NCBI GenBank assembly: GCA_043228905.1
Contig: JBHGNT010000906.1
Location: 1 to 14,044, forward strand
Direction of reading: 5' to 3'
Length of the DNA stretch: 14,044 bases
Source: Azolla caroliniana
Lineage: Eukaryota > Plantae > Polypodiophyta
In this document: positions 1 through 9,727 of the stretch, one piece after another
Position numbering within the stretch: the stretch's first letter is position 1
Layout of the letters: every line of letters starts with the position of its first letter
Notes under the pieces: model-generated
What the model saw: the letters and a program-made list of their open reading frames with translations, nothing else
Told to the model about the DNA's origin: nothing
The model's database searches: none
Position numbers and translations under genes: made by a program

Positions 1-4
1 AGGC

Positions 5-3000
5 TTGATGGCCAACACCCGCTCCGTTCGCCCCATTGGTTTAATCCGCCATCTCGACTTCACACTCAGAGGGCACATGTTCACGATCTCGGCCGTCGTG
101 CTACGACTGGAGACACAAGGCGCCTACCCAATGTTACTAGGTCGACCATGGTTGCATACAGCGAATATCAAGCAACATTGGCAACGCAACATGATCTTGT
201 TCCGAAGAGGAAAGACAAAAGTCTGAATCATCACTGAAGAACGAGTCCCCATCGCCCTCAACACTTCGCCGTTATACGCGGAAGGGGTCCATATGCTCGA
301 CGGGTTGGCCGATGAGGAGGTCGATGACTTCCTAGAGGATCATCCCACGATCATCCCTCTCTTCGAAATCAAGGAAGTCACGGAGGAGTCACCACCCCAA
401 GATGAACCAGATGCAACCACAGTTGCCGAGCTACGTCATGCTCGGGAGGCTTTCGAACGCGAACTCACCATTTCACAACGAGTGAAAGCATCAACCCTGG
501 AAACAATAAACCTCGGTTCGGACGAGAATCCCCGTACGGTACAAATTGCCAATAATCTACCAACCGGCGAACGGGCATGCCTCGTAAAATTACTCACCGA
601 CTACCAGGATGTTTTCGCTTGGTCTTACACCGATATGAAGGGGTTGGATCCTCAATACTACCAACATCAAATTCACATCTTACCCGACACTCGGCCGGTT
701 TAGCAGAGGCGCTACAGGATGAACCCCAACTACACCGCTAAAGTCAAAGAGGAAATTGACAAACTACTCCGAGTGGGCTTCATTTGCCCTGTTAAATGGG
801 CTACATGGTTGAGCCCGATCATAGTGGTCCCAAAAAAGAACGGAAAAATCCGCGTCTGCGTCGACTATCGGAAGCTTAACGCGGCAACAGTCACCGACGG
901 TTTCCCTCTCCCATTCACGGATAGCATCCTCGACACAGTAGCCGGCCACGAATGCTATAGTTTCCTCGACGGGTTCAGCGGCTATAACCAGATAAGAATG
1001 CACCCGGAGGATCAGGAGAAAACCGCTTTCGTCACGGAATGGGGTGTTTTTGTAGCAGAAGTTATGATGTTCGGTCTAAAAACGACGCCGGCTACGTTCT
1101 AGCGCATCATCACTGAAATCTTTCATGACTACATCCTGGCGTTCATGCAAGTCTTTCTCGACGATTTCGCCATGTATGGCCATCGACGGGAACACATGAC
1201 CCAATTACGACTCTGCCTGGACCGATGTCGCCAAGCTCGATTGAGTTTAAACCCGGCGAAATGCGCGTTCTTAGTCACCAGTGGCAACCTTCTCGGCCAC
1301 ATTGTCAGTCAAGAAGGCATCGCTATGGACCCGGATAAAGTAAAGGCAATCCTGAATGCCACCGCACCCTCGAACGCTAAGGCACTAAGCCGTTTTTTGG
1401 GACAGATCCGGTGGCACAACCGAATGATACGACACCTGGCCGATTTCGCGACACCCTTACACGCGGCAGTCCATCGCCTTCCTTTCCAATGGACGTCAGT
1501 CGAGGACACGGCCTATCAGACCCTGAAATGAATGTTGTCACATGCCCCGGTGGTCTAGTCTCCGATTTGGTCCGAACCGTTTCATGTCTTCGTAGATGCT
1601 TCGGACATCGCCATCGGAAGTGCCCTGATGCAATGCACACCCCCAAATTGGTATAGGCCCGTGTACTACGCCAGCCGACGGCTCTCGACCGTGGAAAAGA
1701 ATTACTCCACCACCGAGCGGGAGGCCCTCGGTATGATTTATAGCATCAATCAATTTCGGCATTACCTCTTGGGCCGAAAATTTACCTTTCATGTGGATCA
1801 CTCGGCCCTTCTTTATTTGGTCAATAAACAAGCCCTCACCGGACGGTTGGCTCGGTGGATGCTCCTACTACAAGAGTTTGATTTTCAGATTCAGCATCGA
1901 CCCGGGGTACAACATGCCATCGCCGGCTACTTGAACCGTCTTGAGTCAGGAGAACCGGCGAAAACAACGTACGATGAGCTACCGGACGCCAGCCTATTTA
2001 ACCTGACCACGGTACCAGACGATAACGGAGATGAATGGATCACGGAGATGACCCATTTTCTCACTACCGGTGTACCTCCCGAGCACATGACCCTTGACAC
2101 GAGAAAACGCCTAGCAGTGCGTAGCCGGAATTTTTGCCTCGTCTCAGACATTCTCTACCACAAAGGCTCGGACGGCATATGGCGCCGAGCGATTCGGCAA
2201 TTCGAGAAGAACGTCGTTCTTCGGGAAGCCCACCAGGGAGTAGCTGGGGGACACTACGCCAGGGATTCCACGGCAAGGAAAGTTTGGCAAAGTGGATTAT
2301 GGTGGCTGACAACGAAGAAAGACGCTCACGAGTTTTGCCGGCAGTGCGATTTGTGCCAACGTCAGGGGCAACCAATGGAACAGTCACGGATGCCACACCA
2401 GCCGATTCTTCCGTTGGACCCATTTCAAAAATGGGGTTTGGATTTGGTAAGCCCTTTCAAACCACCCGCGGCCCGAACAGGGAATAGGTATATTATCATT
2501 GCCACGGATTACTGCACCAAATGGGTCGAGGCTAAGGCACTCCGAGATAACACGGCGGCATCCACGGCTAAATTTGTGTACGAGCACCTCTGGTGCCGTT
2601 ACGGATGTCCAATCATATAATACGTGAGCTTACACACCACTACGCGGTGGTGCACAAGAAAAGCACACCATACTACCTGCAGGCGAACGGCTTGGCAGAA
2701 TCGACCAATAAAATCCTCCAAACCATACTGAAGAAGATCGTGAATGAAAACAGGACCGATTGGGATGACAAACTCTAGAGCGTGTTGTGGGCGTATCGTA
2801 CGACTTTCAAAACAAGCATCCAATCGACCCCCTTTCGAATGGCGTTCGGGTTAGAAGCTATAATGCCCGTCGAGTTCCAAGTCCCGAGCCTCCGAGTTCA
2901 AGTCAAAGCACGGCTCCCCAAGGCCGAATCCGAGCAATACCGGCTGGAACAACTCCTCGAACTCGGGGAAGATAGGATAGAGAGTATGGCCCAGCTCGAA

Positions 3001-3393
3001 CAACGCCAACGGCAACGCAAGGCTTTCATGGATCGACATCAACATGGGCTGGAGAAGGAGCTCACCATCAGCAAACCAGTTCTTCTTTTCCAAACACGAC
3101 TCGGGTCAATGCCGGGAAAATTAAGATTTCGCTGGACCGGTCCATTCTGGATTATCGACGAGTTCAACGGGATGTTCCAGCTCGGCACACTCGCCGGCGA
3201 CACGGTCAAAAGATGGGCCAATGGTTTTCGACTTCGACCATATCGAGGGACTACACCACCCAACCCGTTTACAAGACTCGGGAGACCACCACGAAGGATG
3301 CCACGTGTCCCCCTGAATAAGGACTCACCCACCTTCTTGAAATTAATAAAAGTAGTAGTAGGTAGGATTAACCATAGTTTAGCCACTGATTAG
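5..3393 (+). pseudogene. pol: pol polyprotein pseudogene (protease C-terminus, RT, RNase H, integrase)
   Basis: ORF pieces 5..226, 293..703, 719..1102, 1145..1531 and 1628..2620 share one frame, split by stops at 224, 701, 1100, 1529 and 1556. Frameshift at about 2612 and a stop at 2776. Motifs: LLGRPWL (PR); WLSPIIVVPKKNGKIRVCVDYRKLN and FLDD (RT); VFVDASD, NYSTTERE, VDHSAL (RH); H-x7-H..CDLC, WGLD, NGLAE, GPF (INT). Confidence 0.95.
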
Positions 3394-3535
3394 CTACACC
3401 TACACCACCCACCAAGGCACCCACAATTTTAGGAGCACCCCTCGCCACCACTCAGTTAGTACCTATTTAAGCACATGCAAAGCACTAGAAGCCTTCGAAC
3501 GAGAACGACTCACAGCCATCCCCACCAGCCCTCCA

Positions 3536-3838
3536 ATGGCCACAGAGCAGAAAGAAGAACCTCCCAGCAAGGAGATCACGGGCACGACACAGGAGGAACT
3601 TGCCCCGGCCAACAGACATCCCATGGACGCCCACACGGTACCAGAGCCTGTCGAAGTAGAGGTAAGCGCCCACGAACCCACACCCCCACCAGAAGAATCG
3701 GCCGCACCTGAGGCGGACGTCCGAGAAGATATGCAACCCCCGGACCAAACTCAAGCCCCCGCACCGACAGTCCAACCAGACCACCCTGCCACCACCTCGG
3801 ACCCCGAAAGCATCCTCGACATCTTAAAGGAGGAATGA
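3536..3838 (+). CDS. Extra 3' ORF of element A: acidic Pro/Glu/Thr-rich, probably disordered peptide ending SILDILKEE
   Basis: 100-aa ORF between pol and the LTR, with the frame open from 3383. Its C-terminus matches the extra ORFs of elements B and C. It may be the remnant of a longer ORF. Confidence 0.6.
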   Translation: MATEQKEEPPSKEITGTTQEELAPANRHPMDAHTVPEPVEVEVSAHEPTPPPEESAAPEADVREDMQPPDQTQAPAPTVQPDHPATTSDPESILDILKEE

Positions 3839-3893
3839 AACGAGGATCACGCCTAAAAGGCAATTTTTGTAATATTGTTAGTATTTTGTAAGT

Positions 3894-3936
3894 CGTGGGT
3901 CTGACGGACAAGGTCCTGTCCCACGGGCGTGCCAGG
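3894..3936 (+). other. Structured tRNA-3'-end-like module (inverted PBS) at the PPT position, copy A
   Basis: CGTGGG-tctgac-GGAC-aag-GTCC-tgt-CCCACG-ggcgtg-CCA-gg, immediately before the LTR start TGTT at 3937. Confidence 0.8.
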
Positions 3937-4392
3937 TGTTGTCCAGAGGACAGAAATGTAAAATTAGCAAATTAGCAAACGCCGAGTCCGAGTATCACGG
4001 GCCACCGACGGCTCGGCTGTGTATTAGGGGAAAAGTTATTTAAACGAGGACCAGTACCTCAGAGAGGGAGAGAAGAAAACTATAGGCGGAAGTACTAGCT
4101 TAGTCCTTCGTAATTAGATAAACTCGTAAGGTCACCGGCTATAGGCCGTGTTTTGTAATCTTTTCTGTCATAGTAATATATCTGATTTGTGCCTATTTTT
4201 GTTGCATGAGTCTGTGCTTTGATCCATACCTATGAGTTTCACGCCACCACGTCTATCAAGACCTCGCTAGTGTTTTCTCTCTGAGCCCTGTATCTCTCTC
4301 GACGCCTCTGTTACGAGCCTTCACGTACCACGCCCCTGAAGACCAATAGACGCAGATCTATCGAAGATGTTCACCCAAAGGAACGGGTAACA
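3937..4392 (+). repeat. 3' LTR of element A (456 bp)
   Basis: Imperfect inverted ends TGTTGTCC...GGGTAACA, TATA-like TATTTAAA at 4037-4044, and blocks shared with LTR C (GCCGTGT, CACGTACCAC, CAAAGG..TAACA). The partner LTR is not in the window. Confidence 0.75.
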
Positions 4393-4516
4393 CAGTTGAG
4401 CTTGTCCGCTCAACACTCTTTCACCGGCTCCTTGATCTGTGACCCCGGTGGTTCCACCCTGTTTCAACTCGCATGCGTGGAAAACCATAACATATTTGAT
4501 GAACCCAACGTGAAAA

Positions 4517-5163
4517 GGGGTGGCAAAGGAGTTCGAAGATGAGAGGAAGCGAGCTAGCATAGGCAATGACGGTGGCTGTCGAATGCATTGCAAACACTCG
4601 TCAAAGCATCGGTGGCCTTGACAGGACCATCAAGACGATAGTCTGCGCGATTCCTCGAGAGGTACGGCTCTGACGATGGTCGAACCTCGAGGAGTGACTC
4701 CTCGAGAGGTACGGCTTTGATGTCCTGTTACAATTGTCAAAGAGGGATTCATGGAGTGGGTCAAGCTCCCCGGCAAAGGCCAGAACACCGATTCACGCAA
4801 ATCTCGATACTAGACTGGACCGTGCTCGATACGAGCAAGGTCCTACTATTTGTGAAGTTAGTCAACTTGCTCGACCGCAAGAAGCTGGGTCTCCTCTTGG
4901 AGACTGATGAAGGGCTGACAACCGACTGGGCCATAGTTAAAAGAGTTTGGAGCCATTTCGACAAATGGCGCGATTGGAACGACGTCTGAACATCGTCAGG
5001 CAGCCCGGCTACCGGGGGGAGAGAAGAGGAGATCTCGACCCGGTCAGAAGAAACGAGAAGGTGGCTTGAGTCGGGGTTGGTTCCAACCAACGTGGTTGAA
5101 GGACTATCCAGGGGTGCACCTTTGGAGGAGCTGACGAAGACGGTGCGTGATCTCTAGATCGCG
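4517..5163 (+). pseudogene. Degenerate gag-like fragment of a different retrotransposon
   Basis: Frameshifted coding remnants LLERYGF..FMEWV..PGKG, LDTSKVLLFVK..LGLLLETDEGLTTDWAIVKRV and LEELTKTVRDL*IA. The gag call comes from recalled resemblance to moss Gypsy gag and is unverified. The start is approximate. Confidence 0.5.
4649..4722 (+). repeat. Short direct duplication, 47-bp offset
   Basis: TCCTCGAGAGGTACGGCT is identical at 4652-4669 and 4699-4716, with similar flanks. Confidence 0.85.
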
Positions 5164-5199
5164 TTGTCATGAAAATTTTTGACAACGTTGTGAAAATCG

Positions 5200-5718
5200 C
5201 ACAGAAGGTCGGAATGGGTTGGTAAGTCTCTTACTTTATGTTGATGATTTAGTCATCATCGGTACCGACCTAGAGGAAATCGATTGTGCGAAGTCCCAAC
5301 TAGTGGCATCATTCAACATGAAGGATCTAGGGGACCTTAATTACTTCTTTGCTATCGAAGTGGCCCGCACCTCCGAAGGCATACTAATCATCCAACGACA
5401 TTATGTGCTAAGTATGTTCTTCAAGTTCAGGATGACGGAGTGTAAATCCATCACAACTCCTCTGAATAGAAATGTCAAGCTTCACCCCAACTTCGAAACG
5501 ACGTGTGACCCGAAATGGTTCCGACAGATAGTCAGAAGCCTTATATATCTGACAATCACCCGATCAGACCACAACTACCCGGCCGGCTTGATTAGTCAGG
5601 TCATGTCCCAACTGACCACATAGTAGTTTCAATGCACCCAACAAATACTCCACTATGTCAGCGGCATTAAGGACAGAGGGTTGTTGCATCGGATTGGTGT
5701 TGCCAAACAGGTAGTTGG
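5200..5718 (+). pseudogene. Ty1/Copia reverse transcriptase fragment
   Basis: LLLYVDDLVI, FNMKDLGDLNYF, LIYLTITRSD, then after stops at 5621-5626 HYVSGIKDRGLL..KQVVG. It is cut just before the expected YxDADWA RNase H motif. Confidence 0.92.
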
Positions 5719-6250
5719 TGTTATCTCCCTTTGTGGAAGCAACACCTTTGATTCCTTTACCAAAATCAAACCAAGGGAGTTGTGGTACGTGGTGAACACA
5801 ACAAAATACGTGTTGGATTGCTCGACAACCCGTCCGTGTAACGAACATTTAGTGTACTCAGTCGTAGACAAGATCTTAATTCAAGAATTGATAATTACGT
5901 ATTGATCTTAACACAGAGCAGAGTATTGACCCAAAATTATATATGTATTATGATTCCAAAAACATTGTACACGGCTCACGGCCGGAATTATGATAGAAGT
6001 AAATATAGTTATGTATCAGAATATGCTATCTCAGCTAATAAGATCTTCTCTCTCTCCCTTCGTCTTCGTTCTGCTCCACATTTTTATAGTTCTCTTCTTC
6101 TTCTCGCTCTGCGTGCTTTACTCTCCCCTCGTTTTCGGCTGCACGTATTACGGTTGGCTATGTTCTTCGTTAACTTCCTGATTTCAGTTGTCTTTACCTA
6201 CCTTTGGATTCATTTCATGCTTAATTTACGAAATTGGCCCACGGGCAACA
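5719..6250 (-). repeat. 3' LTR of element C (532 bp)
   Basis: Minus strand TGTTGCCC...GAGATAACA, TATAAAAA at 6081-6088 followed by a GA-rich tract, and a 3' end similar to LTR A. Confidence 0.72.
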
Positions 6251-6292
6251 CCCGGCACGCACGTGGGACAGTGCCTTAGCACGTCAAACCCA
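6251..6292 (-). other. Structured tRNA-3'-end-like module, copy C
   Basis: Minus strand TGGG-tttgac-GTGC-taag-GCAC-tgt-CCCAcgtgcgtgCCG-gg, then LTR TGTT. It ends CCG rather than CCA. Confidence 0.75.
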
Positions 6293-6329
6293 AAAAACGA
6301 AAAAGAGTCGTAAAATGGCTATGGTACAC

Positions 6330-6440
6330 TCAGACTTCTCTCAAAATATCGAGGATGCCCTTGGTGGTGGGTTGCACAATTGTGTTTGTTATCGCTAGGG
6401 CCGAACAATGGCCTAACACAGGGTGTCCCCTTGAGAAACT
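6330..6440 (-). pseudogene. C-terminal remnant of the element C extra ORF (..VQPTTKGILDILREV*)
   Basis: Manual translation of the minus strand, with TGA at 6330-6332. Not in the ORF track. Confidence 0.65.
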
Positions 6441-6451
6441 TCACCAAAGGG

Positions 6452-6849
6452 TGTTGCGGTGAGATAGAGTTAGACCGACTATTAATGGAACCCTAATTGG
6501 TTACTAGCGGCAATATCATTAGTCATAATACACACATAGGATAAATTACACTTAGCACAGAACGGTAATTAACAATGATTAAGATATAGAACAACAACAC
6601 TCTATTAATTATCCACCCCTGATTACAATCTAACTGGGCCCTTTTTATAGGTCTCCGGTTTTAGGTACAAACCGGTGCCAACCGGCAACCGGCTACGAAG
6701 CGAGTCCAGATCCAGATCGGCATACCGATTCCGTGTCCGTCCGTTCGCTTCTTAATTCATAATAATTCTATATAAATATATAATCAGCTCCCGGTTATTA
6801 ATTATCCCCTCGTTTCCCATTCTGGACTACCCTTGCCGGCCGGCTAACA
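6452..6849 (-). repeat. 3' LTR of element B (398 bp)
   Basis: Minus strand TGTTAGCCGG...CCGCAACA, and CCTATAAAAAGGG at 6639-6651. The left boundary is less certain (alternative 6424). Confidence 0.7.
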
Positions 6850-6893
6850 CATGGCATGCCCGTGGGACAGTACCTTGTACGTCAAATCCCACG
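6850..6893 (-). other. Structured tRNA-3'-end-like module, copy B
   Basis: Minus strand CGTGGGA-tttgac-GTAC-aag-GTAC-tg-TCCCACG-ggcatg-CCA-tg, then LTR TGTT. Confidence 0.8.
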
Positions 6894-6902
6894 ATCCAGC
6901 CT

Positions 6903-9727
6903 TCATTCATCCTCCAAAATGTCCAGAATGCTCTGATCTAAGGGTTCCAATGGTTCTTCGGGAAGCTGTTCTGTAATTTGTTGTTGTTGTTGTTCCTCCT
7001 ACTGTTCCTGCGGTTGTGGTTGCTCTTCTTGCCACTCCGGCTCCGGTTGTGGCTATTGTTGGTTGACGTCTATTGCCTGCGGCTCCGTCGGTCTGACCGG
7101 CTCTGTATCCATTTCCGACTCGACTAGTCTTACTGACCCTTCCTCCTTTTCCGGCTCTACCGGTCTTAGCGTCTCCTGGTTCGGCTATCCAGTGTTCACT
7201 GGTTCCTGCGGATGATCTTCCTTTAGCGGCTCCTCTTGTGTACTATCTGGTTGGCTTCCCCCAGCTTTAACTAGTGTTTGTTCTGAAGATGGCTCCTCGT
7301 CACTGATGCTAATTGCCGCAGTTTTCTTGGCCACTTCTTGCCGTCGTCGTTCTTGTTCGTACTTCTCGAAACGGAGTTGGTTGTCCAACTGGTCATCATC
7401 CAACTGTGCCACCAACTGGCGTACCACCACCCTCTGCTCATCAACCAAGGATATGAAATCATCCGTCAGTTCCTCTTTTATTGCTTCAATGCTTTCTTTA
7501 TCCAGGATGTAAACTTTGTCGCCCTCTTTCCGCCGGTTCTCCGCATCTGCCCGCAGCAACTGCAGCTCTGCTGCCTGCTTAGCCCACTTCGACCACCACT
7601 GTACTGAGCTTTCTTCCACCAATTGCTTCATTCGATTCCTCCATGCCAGTACGATGTCCCGAATCCGCCCCAGCCCCATCTTCGACTTACTTTCCGCAGC
7701 CTGTTTTTCATCCTTCAATTGTTTGATCAGGCTTGCGGTTGCCACTTCTTGGCTTTTGTAGTGCATGAGTTGGGTCTGATATGTCGTTTGAACGTTGTTC
7801 AAAGTCATTGTAGCACGCTCCGTTTCTACATGGTGTTGCACTTGCAGGTCCAGTCTCGCTTTCGTTGCTGCCGCCAGTTGTTTCGCTACTTCGGCTCCCT
7901 TCGACTGCTCTTCCAGCACTGTTCTCGACAACCGGTTAACTTCCTCCCGGAGTTCTCTGCACTTTTCCTATTGCCGGTCACTTTCGGTAGTCAATTTCTT
8001 GTGATTGGCATCCAAATGCTTATAATCTCGGTGCAGTCGGTCGAAGTCGTCGGTTTTCTGTTTGAGCTTTTGATTGATAAGCCGGCGAGTGCGGTCCTTA
8101 TGGTCTTTTTGTTGCCGGAGCTCTTCTTTGAGGTGTTCAATCTCCACTTCCTCCATCCTCCGGAGTTTCTCTTTTTCTTGCAGGAGTTTGTCTTTCTCTT
8201 CTTTCGGCCAGTCATACACTTGATGACCTCTTCTCAAGCTTTCCTCTATTCAGCGAAGGCCGTCTGTAGAGTTACCGGGGCCACCGGTTTCGATTGATGT
8301 GCTCCTTCTATGACCAACTTGGCCATTTCTGTTCTGGCCTTCTCTATTTCTTCTTCCATGCACCGGATTCTTGATCAGGCCATCTCTAATTCCTCGGTTG
8401 TGGCTAGCAATCGGGCTTCCTGCGCTTTCTCTTCCACTTCTAACTGGCAGACAACACCAGTCAATTGTTCTGCTACCCATCAGAGCCATCGACTGTCGGT
8501 GCCTTGTGGTCATGGGATAGTGTTTTCACTGGTCATGAGCCTACTATTGACGGTTACGTCACATGGCCACTCTGGTTCTAGTTGTTGCAGTTGCGGCGGT
8601 GATGCTGGCAATTCAATGATCGGTTCCTGATTCACCGATATTGCCGTATCCTGGACCGCAGGTTCCGCGATGTCTTGCTGCCGCACTTGCTCCATCCGCG
8701 ATTCTGGTTGAGCCAGTTCTGCCGCCTTCTTAGGTTGTGGCTCCTGAGGGAGGGGTTCCTTTATAGTGTCCTCCGCTAGCCTTGACGTCCCCCCTTCGTG
8801 GCCTTTTTCACTTGTCTGGCGACGCCGTAGCAATGTCTTGGTCGGCTCATCGTCTTGTTGTTCTTCTTCCAGGGTCGTGTTGTTGATTAACTCCGCCAAG
8901 GGGTCCTGCCCCTGCGTTTTCTCCGGTTGTCGTTCCTTCGCCTGAGTAGCCAGGAGTTGCTGTCGTTTGGAAGTTGGTTTGGGGGTCGATTCTGTTGGTC
9001 TTCCCCTCTTTCTTTGTTTCATGGGCTCTACCGGTGGTGCTAACAAAGTGAGCCATTGCACCACTGTTGTCCACATCTTTTTGCCATCTTTTATGAAGAT
9101 GATGGCAGCACTCAGGCCATCGGCAATCATTACCAGCCAATCCACCTGTACTCCCTCGTAGATGGCTATGATCAAACCGGCTCTATTCCTGGGCATCGCC
9201 AGTGGTTAGGGGTATACATGGCCATACTCGTGGAGTACCCAAGCAATTTCCCGAAACAGAAGGTCTTCACCGCCTTGCGTGCGGTATGCCTTGCTGCCCA
9301 GGGAGTATTCCCCAAAATACCTCGTGAGCAGATCCTACGAAGGGTTGTCGATCGAGTAGATCCCCCCTTCCGGTAGGCCGGTCATGGCTTGGATGGCTTC
9401 CTCAGTGATGACCTCCGTGTCGATGTCTTTAACGACATTTTCCGCATCTCCGTGCGGCGATGCTTCGACTATTCGCAAGAATCCCTCTAGACCGTGTTGC
9501 TTCAGCCATTTCTTAGCCGCTTTTGAGAGTACCATGTATTCCATGTCGTCTTCAGAGTCGATAGGTTGTGGTAAGATGGGTGCGCCTGCATGCTATGAGC
9601 GCTCTCACCTGATCACCTGTAATCGCATGTGGACACCAAGATCTCTGTGTTTGCGAAATGAAAGGGACTCTACGCGGCGAAGGTTTTCTTTCTCCATGCG
9701 TGGCGCCTTTTCTTGATTCCCGCGCAT
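6903..9727 (-). pseudogene. Long extra 3' ORF of element B (~940 codons): globular N-terminus, basic NLS-like patch, coiled coil, acidic/Gln-rich tail ending SILDILEDE
   Basis: ATG 9727/9697, 9335..9544 and 8510..9196 share one frame. 7968..8237, 7185..7931 and the tail to TGA 6903-6905 share a second frame. This implies one frameshift near 8200-8250 plus several in-frame stops. KQRKRGRP patch, E/K/Q/R/L-rich helical segment, and (CAA)5 at 6978-6992. Confidence 0.75.

Larger units (their letters stand above)
1..4392 (+). mobile_element. Ty3/Gypsy LTR retrotransposon A (non-chromovirus, Athila/Tat-related); 5' part lies outside the window
   Basis: Domain order PR-RT-RH-INT. RT motifs SFLDGFSGYNQI and FLDD. 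No chromodomain after the GPF motif and no second RNase H between RH and INT. Followed by an extra ORF and a TG..CA LTR. Confidence 0.93.
5719..6451 (-). mobile_element. 3' end of Gypsy element C (extra-ORF tail, tRNA-like module, LTR), inserted in the Copia RT and interrupted by element B
   Basis: Same ILDIL-stop / hairpin module / TGTT-LTR arrangement as A and B. The Copia frame stops abruptly at 5718. Confidence 0.75.

Noticed and set aside
3827-3846. Purine-rich AAAGGAGGAATGAAACGAGG as the PPT of element A
   Set aside because: It is about 90 nt from the LTR start, interrupted, and explained by the KEE-stop codons.
3860-3934. Complete tRNA gene at the CCA-ending module
   Set aside because: There is no D arm, anticodon arm or 5' acceptor strand upstream in any copy.
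3901-3956. Hammerhead ribozyme (CTGACGGA...GAAA)
   Set aside because: It does not match CUGANGA, copies B and C have TTGACGT, and the GAAA and stems are not conserved.
5698-5718. Alternative LTR C end at TGTTGCC (better inverted repeat)
   Set aside because: The Copia frame continues through it (GVAKQVVG), and similarity to LTR A ends at 5719.
5902-6279. 125-aa hydrophobic ORF
   Set aside because: Antisense reading of the GA-rich LTR C, with no recognisable domain.
7623-8297. 224-aa Phe/Leu-rich ORF as a membrane or env protein
   Set aside because: Antisense shadow of the E/K/Q-rich coiled-coil ORF.
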